Shown here: in pieces, positions 38,768 to 48,856 of the stretch
Layout: each line of letters starts with the position of its first letter
Numbering within the stretch: the stretch's first letter is position 1
Origin: Saprolegnia diclina VS20
Lineage: Eukaryota
Direction of reading: 5' to 3'
Length of the DNA: 53,586 nt
Assembly: GCF_000281045.1 (NCBI RefSeq)
Contig: NW_008246098.1
Location: forward strand, 168,765-222,350
The notes under the pieces: generated by a model
Seen by the model: only the letters and a program-made list of their open reading frames with translations
The model's database searches: none
What the model was told of the DNA's origin: nothing
Made by a program: the position numbers and the translations under genes

Positions 38768-39565
38768 CGAACGAGGTGCTGTCGATGGTGCGTGAAGTGA
38801 CACTCTGGTCTGCGAAGCGATGTGAACGGCGTCAACAGCACGCAACGTACACGGAATAGGTCCTCGATGTACCCATCGGTGTCGATACCTATCACAAGGC
38901 GGAGCTGCCACGCTGGTGTCGTTGACAACTTGAATACGAGTCACTTGACTCGTTAAAGCAGCTCGAGATGCGCGGTCGCCTTGATCAAGGTCGTCCACGA
39001 ACCAAAGGACCAACGTGCACTCAACCAGCGACGGAGCGACGTACATGTACCTGCATCGGCTGTGTAGGAAGAGTGGGTGCCATGCCACTGTTGAGTCTAC
39101 CCCGGCACTGCACCATCGCCCAGCTGCCTCGCCGAGACCTTGGTTGACTCTGCCTACCCGTCAACGAGGCGACATGGAGTCGGTGGTCGGTGGTCGTATG
39201 AAACAGAGGCCGACTTTGTCTGTCGCCAAAGGACTAGCGCATCGACAGCATCGCACGTGTGATAACATCAGGTATTCCAGTTCGTTATCTAGGGGTCCAC
39301 GGCAGTTACGAACAGACATGTCGTGTCTACGCGGTTTTGAAATCCAGTTGCAGCGTTGCACTCGGGCGTTCTTCTTCTGCGTTGGCCGGCGCAGAGCCTG
39401 CGGGCTTGGCTGCTCGTCGTCTTTGCACCAGAGCTCGCTGATACACACATCTACCAGCACACTCGTTCGTGTCGACACCAAAAGAGCCAAAGATCCCTCG
39501 GACATTATAGCGTAGACAGACATGGACGCAGAGTACATTACGACAACCAAGCGCATCACGAAACA

Positions 39566-39718
39566 CTAGACCATATTGTCGGCGTCGCAGTGGAGCAGCA
39601 CGACTTGGGAGCACAGCGATGCGCGCAGCACCATGGCACCGAGCGAGACGACGAGCGGACCAAGCAGAAGCATGTTGTTGGAGAGAAGGAGGAGCGCCTC
39701 GGCACTTTCAAGCGCCAT
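39566..39718 (-). CDS. Hydrophobic microprotein B (50 aa)
   Basis: MALESAEALLLLSNNMLLLGPLVVSLGAMVLRASLCSQVVLLHCDADNMV; below the ORF track length cutoff. Confidence 0.7.
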   Translation of the reverse strand: MALESAEALLLLSNNMLLLGPLVVSLGAMVLRASLCSQVVLLHCDADNMV

Positions 39719-40090
39719 GGAAAAATCAAAACTGGTTTCCCAACCGATCTGTCCGCTGACCAGGTGGTGATGGGTTCGGGTGTAAGATGTTCACTGGGTC
39801 AGAGTAATATTGGCCGGTCTTGTGTATGTTGCGAAGATTCGGCGCGAATCTAGAATCATTGAAGCTACTACAAAACGCTGGTTGGCGCGAAACGCAGCCG
39901 GCGCCAAAACGACGCACGACATCACTGCAAGGTCGTCCCCAGTTCTCTATACATAACACAAACGAACGTTGGCAAAGAGAGCTTGACGCTCCTTGACCTA
40001 ACTGGTATGAGACTAGGAACGACCTGCCCCATCGTACATTGCCAGCTCCATGCATAACGTGGACGTGGGACCTGACGTCACGGACGCGAA

Positions 40091-40418
40091 NNNNNNNNNN
40101 NNNNNNNNNNNNNNNNNNNNNNNNNNNNNNNNNNNNNNNNNNNNNNNNNNNNNNNNNNNNNNNNNNNNNNNNNNNNNNNNNNNNNNNNNNNNNNNNNNNN
40201 NNNNNNNNNNNNNNNNNNNNNNNNNNNNNNNNNNNNNNNNNNNNNNNNNNNNNNNNNNNNNNNNNNNNNNNNNNNNNNNNNNNNNNNNNNNNNNNNNNNN
40301 NNNNNNNNNNNNNNNNNNNNNNNNNNNNNNNNNNNNNNNNNNNNNNNNNNNNNNNNNNNNNNNNNNNNNNNNNNNNNNNNNNNNNNNNNNNNNNNNNNNN
40401 NNNNNNNNNNNNNNNNNN
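40091..40418. other. Assembly gap
   Basis: N run. Confidence 1.
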
Positions 40419-41216
40419 GTATGGAAACAAGGCGCGCACCGGGTTCTTGAAGCAACTCGAACGGTGCAACCTGCATGTCCAGCGACGCATACGTGAGTTC
40501 GGGGACGCTCGCTGTTGTGGCTACACGATGGGAGCAATATATTTGTAGATATATCTTGCAACGGGTACAAATATGATTCCGAACATAAGTGTGGAATCAA
40601 CCTACGGTATGTACATTCGTTTGTGCAGTTGTCGAGCTCATGCAACGCATGCCTGGTCTTCCTACTTGAAAGTGTTGTTGAAATGAGTTATTAACAAAAA
40701 GGATATGCAATCCTATTTGGAAGTGTTTGCGACACGAGCGGTATACACAGTCCACCGACGACCGAGACACCGGCCTATCAACTCGACCAGCCTTCCACGC
40801 AGCGTAGAGACACAAAGCTCAAACTCATCGCGCTCGATTTGATCGGTGCAGTCCCTCTCCATCGAACGAACTTTTGCTGCAGAAACACAACCAACTTCGG
40901 ACCAACCAACCTGGGTTTTTCGGCGCCGAACCGGTAGCCGAAAATCGTAGCCGGTACACACACCGGTTTACGTGGCCGGAGGCGTTGCCACGTCATCGAA
41001 ATGTGCGTCGTCGTGCACCGCGTGCCGATCGACACCGTCTTGTAGTTTGTGCGTGACTATGTATCTATGTTCCGTCAACGCGTCAACGGCATTCCGCTAC
41101 TGCCAGGTCGTAGATCTCGCCTTTCTTGCCCTAAACGCGCAGTGTACTAGTACATGTACTACGCCGCTAAGATAAATCGAGTCGCGATTGGCAACTAAGT
41201 TTAGTGTTCCGACAGC

Positions 41217-42189
41217 ATGGGGAGCGGTGCGTCGTCTGCCCACGTCCACCGGCGGCGGCTCCTGCTCAAGCAGCACAACGAGGACCCGACTGTCTTGAGC
41301 ACAGAGCGCCTCGCACTGGCGTTGACGCAATGCGTATCGGTACGACATGCATGTACCGAGGTTGCTGCAGCAAACGAGCTAGGACCAACGGGGTGCAATT
41401 TTGCTGCCAGAGATAGCGACGATGCTGACGCACGAGTATGGACTTCACATTGCTATCGACGAGCTCCTTAGCACTTTGCAGCGCTTGGGGTGTGCATGCG
41501 AGAATTCCACGACGGTGGCAACCACCGACTTCAACGGGTACTCACGTTCAAGCAGGGCGCTTCCATCACCAACACGGCGCCGCTGGTGGCCTTTCTGGCG
41601 CCCAAAGACGTTGCACCGCCAACGCCACCGACCATCTGGGTCGCGTGCAAGCTCGGACACCTTGATGTCGTCCAGACACTGCTACAGGATGGCGTCAGTG
41701 CGTGGAGCGAGCGCGACGCCTTTGACAACCTTCCGATTTACTATGCCAGTGTTCGCGCCACTCTTCGCGTATCGCTACTAATGCCATGTGCAGCTTTGTG
41801 GCCACAAGGACATTGTTGCGCTTCTCTTGTCGTGCTACGCCAATAGCAAGGACGTGACGTTGAGTGAAGCCGACCGGCTACGGTGACGCGCTGCTATCGC
41901 CTCGATCCAGTTGAGAACGCGGACGTAGATGTGCGACGAATGCACTCCGCCCCGATATCAAGCGCTGCCTCCACTCGTTCGCAAAAGCCACGCCCCAACC
42001 CCGATCCCTTTTGAAAGCGTCCAAGCGCCAACAGCGAAAAGAGGCAGCCACGTCGTCTCCGTCCAAGAAGAAACGAGGTAGATGGAAAGGAGATTGCGAT
42101 TGTATTGCGAGTTGGCCATAGAAAAAGGACCGGAAGACGACGACGCCGATTTCGAAGCGTGGGTCTCTGGCTGGTTCGGCGACGAGTAG
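41217..42189 (+). CDS. Ankyrin-repeat protein with MGSGAS N-terminus, multi-exon
   Basis: IWVACKLGHLDVVQTLL and PIYYAS|LCGHKDIVALLL ankyrin repeats; spliced frame ends ...WFGDE-TAG at 42187-42189. Confidence 0.7.
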
Positions 42190-42911
42190 CGGAGCGTTCC
42201 ATGTCGGTTCGAGTCGTGGAGAGATGAGGAACGGGAGATGAGATATGCGTAGGAATTTTACGCGCCTTCGGCCGCGCCACACATCGCAACACAGTCAAGT
42301 CGCCCGACTTGCTCGAACGGGTGTTTGGCTAAACTGGAAAATCAAAATGATGTTTATCGGTATGAGGAATTGGACTGCGACTGCTACGTGTCGTGCACCC
42401 TTGGCATCAAACGTAAACCACCGTTGCTCGCATGGAGCTAACATACGAACACTATGGACGCTGTCCCACTGAACGGCGCAGGCACCACGCGTCCCCTTGC
42501 GTCCAGTGGGGACACGTTGAGCTAATGTCGGTCGACGAGAAATTTCCGATAAATACGATTTTGAATGTCGCAGATCGGCTTGAAGGTCAGTGCAGCCACC
42601 CAAACATGAAGCGAATGACGTGGCGTCCCACCAAGTGCCCAGAAGTGTAACGTGCGTTGCATCCGTATGGTACAGTGTAGACGCCCGAGCGAAGTACCGC
42701 CGTCGCCGGTCGCCGAGGGCCTGCCTCGGTCATGTTGCTAGTACACTGTAGATGCCTCTGACGCATGGCGGTGGGGACTAGGAGACAGCGCGCTGCGGCG
42801 ACTGGCCCTTTCTTCTTCTTCGTCGGCGCCATTCGTTTCGGAAGAGCATATACATTTTCGATCCCGCCGTTGCAGAGTGGTCAGTCCAAAGCGCGCAATC
42901 GCTCGCTTCTG

Positions 42912-42925
42912 TCACTTTATCTTTC
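42912..42925 (+). promoter_or_regulatory. Oomycete INR+FPR-like core promoter
   Basis: TCACTTTATCTTTC fits TCAYTYY-NNN-WTTY and starts 35 nt upstream of ATG 42947. Confidence 0.5.
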
Positions 42926-42946
42926 TCGACGCTACCTACATATACC

Positions 42947-43573
42947 ATGGTGCTCGACGACGTCACGATCCAAAGCCGCCCGCTGCAGTTCTTTACCGAG
43001 CGCGGCAAGCACGCCCGGTACACGGTCTACATCCTGACGCTCTCGTCGCCGTGCATGGGATCGCCGTGGCGCCTCACGCGGCGCTACTCGGAGATGCACA
43101 CGTTCCACCGCGTGCTCACGCGCTTCTTGGCGCCGATCGCGGCCAACTATGACTGGCTCCGGCACCTTCTCCCACTCTTTGACCAAGTCTTTCCGCAAAA
43201 GCAATGGATCGGCGACCTCTTTGCGACGTACGACCGCACGCGCGCGCGAGCGCTGCGGCTCGTGCAGTTTCTGCAACTCGTGCTCATCTTGCGCCAGCGC
43301 TGCCTTGAAAAGCACGTGGCTGGCGACGACGCGCCCATGATATCGGCGATCGTGAGCTTGATCGACGTGCACCTCAACGTCCCAACCGCCCCGCCCGTCG
43401 CGCCGAGCTCCCCAATCGTCGAGTGCGCCATCTGCCTCGAGACTCTGTTGACGTCGCCACAGACGCTGCCGTGCCACCACGGCTTCCATCCCAAATGCAT
43501 TGGCCCGTGGCTCGCGCAGCACAACACGTGTCCGCTCTGTCGACGCACGTGCCACCTCTCGTGCAGCGTCTAG
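42947..43573 (+). CDS. PX-like domain plus RING-H2 protein (putative E3 ligase)
   Basis: WRLTRRYSEMHTFH..FPQK (PX-like); CAICLE..LPCHHGFHPKCIGPWL..CPLCR (RING-H2). Confidence 0.88.
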   Translation: MVLDDVTIQSRPLQFFTERGKHARYTVYILTLSSPCMGSPWRLTRRYSEMHTFHRVLTRFLAPIAANYDWLRHLLPLFDQVFPQKQWIGDLFATYDRTRARALRLVQFLQLVLILRQRCLEKHVAGDDAPMISAIVSLIDVHLNVPTAPPVAPSSPIVECAICLETLLTSPQTLPCHHGFHPKCIGPWLAQHNTCPLCRRTCHLSCSV

Positions 43574-43840
43574 TCGAGACTACGAGTCGACGGCGCGATC
43601 GAAGCGCCTCATTTTTTGTCCTTATCCCGAGTAATATCAACGTCGTTTGTTCATATTGGGCATGTCTCCGCAGACCTGTGCAAGTACAGGACGATCCCGA
43701 GTGCCAGCTACCCGCCCGCCTGTCGGACAACAGGACCGGCTGCCCATCCGATCATGGGTCAACGATCGAGCAATGTTTGTGGCGACCGTCGGTGGTTGCA
43801 TTGGTCAGGATGGCCTTTCTGTTTGGGTTATACCAATGTG

Positions 43841-44630
43841 TTACCGCTTAACGACGCGTTGGCGGTAGTACTCGTCGACGACGCGCGTCGTGTCGGTTTC
43901 TTCGTGCTTCAAGAGCTGCTTGTGGAGTACAATTGTCTTGCGCAAGTAGACGTTGGCTGCATGGACGACGTTGCGCAGGTCGTCGCTCTGCAGCGCCTGC
44001 AACATCATCGCATTGGCCTTCGTCATCCACGAGAAGAGCGCAGCGTAGTACCTCGGCGGTCGCGCTTTCGTCCTGTAAGAGCTTGTACGCGCGCTTGAAC
44101 TTGCCTTGGGCCATCGCACCGTACGCCATGTTGATGCGGCATTTGCTAGGGTGGCTAGCACCAATCGGCCGATATAAAATGATCGTCATACCTGGCCAAG
44201 ATGGGGTCCTGGAGGCCTTGCGAGACGCAGATCTGGAGCTGCGCCATGAGCTTGGCTTGGTTCAAGTGGCGGCAGAGGAAGTAGCCACCTACAGCACGGC
44301 AGCATGAGAGGAGGCTCGTCGCGTTTAGCACGGACCGCCAAGCGTCGAGATGTAGGCGTTGGCCGTCACGAGCGCCACGACAGCGTGTGTAAAGCGCGTC
44401 GCGCGGTAGCACCAGCTCATCGACAGCTTGTACAAGGCTGGCACAAAGGCGATCTTGATGGCATCGTTCTTGTGGCTGTGGCTCACCGCCTTGTCGATGG
44501 CCGGGCACAGCGCACGTAGGTAGCTAACGTCTTGGCTCGTCGAGAGGTAGTCGTAGAGATGCGGGTCATGGATGCATACATGGGCGCCTGCCGGCGCGGC
44601 CTCGACGATCCGGCCCGGGTCCATGGGCAT
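43841..44630 (-). CDS. Hypothetical helical protein, DUF4807-like, multi-exon
   Basis: AYISTLGG|GYFLC..AQLQ..LQDPILA..KCRINMAYGAMAQGKFKRA resembles my recollection of DUF4807. Confidence 0.6.
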
Positions 44631-45093
44631 GTCTCCAGCTCAGTCCAACGTGGTGAAAGCAATGTCCGGATACGTAGACTCGGTGTTTGTATACACCGCA
44701 CCGCAACCGGTTAGGGAAAATAACATTTTGACATTCTTCATCTATCTCAATGCATGAATGAAGCCTTAGCGAAATGGAATATTTATTAAAATACCCCAAT
44801 AAAATTATGCCTTGAAGCAAAACATTATAATGCCATCTTAAAATATCTCGAACTCTAGCATACAACTACAGAGTCAATGCGGGGTAATAACCGCATTGAG
44901 TTATTTTCAAGATCAAAGTACCGCAATGCACTAAGATCGTCGCAAGAAGGGAGCTACCCAACGCGATCTTGGGCGTTTTGCAGCTAATTTTACGGTGGCA
45001 GCCCAGTCTGGAGCCCGCGACCGAGACGCCCAGCCGCAACCCACGACGGCCCGCCTCCTCTGCCTGCCTAGCTTCGCCTCGCCGTACGCGCCC

Positions 45094-45882
45094 ATGGACC
45101 CTGCGAGTACCGAGCCGCGCCAGATCACGCTCTTCCGCAAGAGCCTGCGCACGCTCTCGCTCTCGGCTTGCGGCTGCCTTGTGCTGCTCTCGATTGTTGG
45201 CTTCAACAAGCTCGCCAAGACATCGGTCATGAGCATGGACCAAGTCGAGGCCACGACAAGCGACGGCTGCCTCCTCTTTCTCGGCGTGACCTTTGGCACG
45301 CTCCTCTTCCTCGGCGAATTTCGCTGGGAGCGCTTCTTCTTCCTCTTTGGCTTTCTGCGCTACCGCCTCGGGCGCACCGTGCTCTACGTCGTGTCGGGTG
45401 CGCTACGCGCTTGACGAGGTCACTGCTCATGGCGCGTAGGTATCATGACGATCCTCGTCGGGCGTACGCGCAGCGGCTGCACGGGTTGCACCGAGTATAC
45501 ACTCTTGCTCGCCGAAGGCATTGCGCTGCTCGTGACAGGCGTGCTCCAGCTGCTTGCGATTCCGGTGCTGGGCGCCAACAACACGGCGCCCGTCGAGGAC
45601 AAGGCCGCGAGCAAGTCGCAACTCGTGGCGCAACCGACAGACAAGGTACGTTTGATGTCGTGTGCGCCATGTGCTCCGTCGATTTGCAGGCGATCGATAT
45701 TGCGACCGTGCGTCTTGGTTCGACGCGGGCGGCGGCGCCTGTCGAGACGCGGGTACATCGTGAAGTAGGTCCCTCCCAACTCACAGGACACTGCCTAGTC
45801 GCCGTTCGAGGCCCCTGCTGCAGCGACGACCAAGTCGACGTCGCCAACCAACCCCAACTTGCCAGCTTGGATGCAGGCGTGA
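45094..45882 (+). CDS. COPI-associated (TVP15-like) membrane protein, paralog 1, four exons
   Basis: LLFLGEFRWERFFFLFGFLRYRLGRTVLYVVSG; spliced end NPNLPAWMQA-TGA. Confidence 0.78.
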
Positions 45883-46279
45883 AGCGAGTGCATGTATAAC
45901 AATCTCAAATCAGAAACAAGTCCAAGAAGCGAAGTGTGCTTGCCTTGCCCAGACGACTGCTTGCACCAGTACGTCTGGTACGAGCACCAGACATGTAGCC
46001 AACGACAGCAAGTGACGAGCGTGCCAGGCCCCAGACGCTTTCCACGACTTTGGCGAAATCGAATATGGCCTTCCTGTTGTCGTTGGCCATGCTCGCGAGG
46101 CGAAGCCAGGACGAGCTCGAGTTATACCAGTGGCGATAGCAAGTTGAGAGACTCGCTCTGGCGCTCGCCGCTGGCATCGGCCCCGCGATTCCTGCGGAAA
46201 TGCACCGTCTGTGCTCCAGCAACGACGCTGGGCTTGTCAACCAGATGCAACAACACATTCGGTTGAATACAGCGAGGCG

Positions 46280-46974
46280 CTACGCTCGCATCCATGCGGG
46301 GAGGTTCGGGTCCTTCTCGGCGTCCTTGGATGACTAAGGTTTGCCTTTCTTTCGAAGCGCAGCGCTTACGTGCGAACTGATCGTGGTCGGCGCCGACGCC
46401 TCGGGCACGTCGTCGTCGTCCGCCTAGGACCGCCACATTGCACTTGGAGTATCTTTGTGTAGGTGTACCAGCTGCACGGCTGCCACGTCATCATGGACGG
46501 CGCGGTTGGCGCCGAGGACCGGGATCGCCGTCAGGTGCAGGCCCGCGACAACGAGGCACGCTACGCCATCGATGAAGAGGAGGTAGTATTCGATGCACGA
46601 CGATGTGCAGCTGCCGCGGCTCGTGCCCACAAGCAGCGCCATGCTGCCTACGCAGAGAGGTTCTGTGACACGTTTGACGACGCGATCGCACCTGCAATGC
46701 CAAACGTGAACGCGCGGCCCCACCGGTACATGAGAAAGCCAAAGAGAACGTAGAAGCGGTGCCACTGCAGCTCCGAGAGGAGGAGAAGCGTGCTGAGCGT
46801 GAGCCCGAGGAAGAGCACGACGCCATGGCTCGTCGTCGCCTCGAGCTCGGCGAGCGTCGAGCCGAGTGCGAGGTTGCGGAAGCCATAGACGCACAAGCCA
46901 AAGAGGCTCGTCGATGTGAGCAGGCTAAGCGCGGCGAGGCTGCGCTGGTACAAACGGGTCGAGCAAAAGCTCAT
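46280..46974 (-). CDS. COPI-associated membrane protein, paralog 2, four exons
   Basis: LLLLSELQWHRFYVLFGFLMYRWGRAFTFGIAG; spliced end DPNLPAWMRA-TAG. Confidence 0.78.
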
Positions 46975-48013
46975 GGGGACGTGGCCGCGAATGCAAGAAT
47001 GCTCGGTCGTTGCCCGACGGTTGCCACGAAACCAACAAGATCCAAACCCTCGACGACGGTTCAGATTTGCGTCAGAGTTGCTCAGTAAAAGGCCACTCAT
47101 TCAAGAGCCGAGACCAAGGCCAAGTGTCCTGGTGTCAAGTAACGAAGAGGAAGGGTGGCTCGGACCGTTCGAGTGCACAGGCTTGGCAGCAGGCGCACTG
47201 GCACATTGCAGCTTGAATGGTGCGCTGCCGTGCTCATATAGTGAGTATACAGTGTCGTGGTCGTGCGCCAGTTTGGTTGTCGTTGTCAGTAGCTGGTACA
47301 AGAACATCTCTCACGGCCCTCAGCCCTACAGGAGCTACAACTGGCAGGGCTACTACGAGCCATTTGGAATGGCAGATCCCAGGCTGCATTAACCTCTCGA
47401 CGCCTGCGTTGTTTTTGATGGCACGACAAGCAGCGTCGTCGCTTGCCGGATCAACCCATGGGAGCCAACAATCAAAACCAACGAACAACGCTGGTTGACC
47501 GCAGCTGATGGCCGTGGGTGGAACAGGCGTAGGTGCAATCAGTCGCAGCTTCTGCCAGCTGGTTTCCTCGCATCGGTCTGGTGCGGCAGGTGCATATCGC
47601 TCGCGACCACAAACGCCTTGGGCATCTGTTTTGATTGCGTCTCCTCCGACTGCTGCGACCGGCCCGTCGGTCGCTCGCGGCCCGAGTGCAGTATAAAACG
47701 TGCGCTTTGGCGCGCGTCCGGCAACGAACGCCACGCGCGCTCCACGTCATGTGACGTGCTGGTGTCATCTTATTGCGATCTTATTGCAGCAATTTTGGAT
47801 CCTACAGGGTTCGGGAGGCTCTCGTTTCGATCGACGAGGGACGGGGATAGGCACGTTGCAGTAGCCATGCTCGGACGGCGCAGCCGATCAAGTCCAAGAA
47901 ACAAAGCACTGTATATTTACACGCACGGCGACGCCCGGGATCCAACCTCCCGGGCGTCTCTCCGTTGACAACACTAAACTACCTAATCCTAACGTTCTAT
48001 ACCATCTCGCCAG

Positions 48014-48856
48014 CTATTGCTTGAGCGAGAGGACCCACGACTGGTCGAGCGCCTGATTTTGCATTTGGTCGACGACGCTGCCTTGGTGGTGGAGCAAGAA
48101 GCGCATCTTGACGTCCTTGAGCGCGCTCGTTTCGTCGTCCGTCATGGGATGGAGGTGGGCGAGGCGCGGCACGTCCGTCTGCACTTGCATCATCTGCAGC
48201 TGCTTGCGCATGCGCGTGAGGTCCGAGTGGAGGCGGTCGCTGAGGTATGTGTCGAGCGACTTGCCAAATGGCACGCGCATCTTGCCGGCCTTGATCAGAT
48301 GCAGGAGCTGCCGGAGGTAGTCGAGCTCTTCTTGGACCCACTCGCCCTTCTCGACGGGGCAGAGCGACCCAAAGATCGAGTTGGCGTCAAAGCCATACAT
48401 AAAGTACGTGTCGAGCCAGTCAATGACGCCGTCGTGGGCGACAACGCAAATGTCCTTGCCGCTCTTGAGTCGCGCGATCGTCGCCGGGCGGCGGCGGCTC
48501 GAGCCTCGGCGCTGCGACGGGAAGATCGTGAGCGACGACGGCACCGGCGGATGCGTCGCATGCGTCGGCTCGGCGTCCATGATGTCGTACATGCCCATCT
48601 TGCGCTTCTTGCACGCGGGTGGCGACGACATACCTAGAGACGACGCATGAGCCTCTGGATGCGCGGACGACGATGGCTTCCTACCGGTGATGACTTCGAT
48701 GCTAAAGTTGCTCATCGGCCGCGTCGGCTCGTACGACGGCGCGAGCTTGATGGGCGGCAATGACGTCGAGTGCATTGCGTCCGTGTCGTGGTGGCGCTGG
48801 AACGCATGCAGCGGCGGCAGTGACATCATGTACGAGGCACTCTCGGTCGGGTGCAT
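48014..48856 (-). CDS. Putative stramenopile-type transcription regulator (Myb-like KGxWxxEE helix domain)
   Basis: 280-aa ORF: KGEWVQEELDYLRQLLHLIKAGKM..GKSLDTYLSDRLHSD; basic KKRK patch. Confidence 0.7.
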   Translation of the reverse strand: MHPTESASYMMSLPPLHAFQRHHDTDAMHSTSLPPIKLAPSYEPTRPMSNFSIEVITGRKPSSSAHPEAHASSLGMSSPPACKKRKMGMYDIMDAEPTHATHPPVPSSLTIFPSQRRGSSRRRPATIARLKSGKDICVVAHDGVIDWLDTYFMYGFDANSIFGSLCPVEKGEWVQEELDYLRQLLHLIKAGKMRVPFGKSLDTYLSDRLHSDLTRMRKQLQMMQVQTDVPRLAHLHPMTDDETSALKDVKMRFLLHHQGSVVDQMQNQALDQSWVLSLKQ

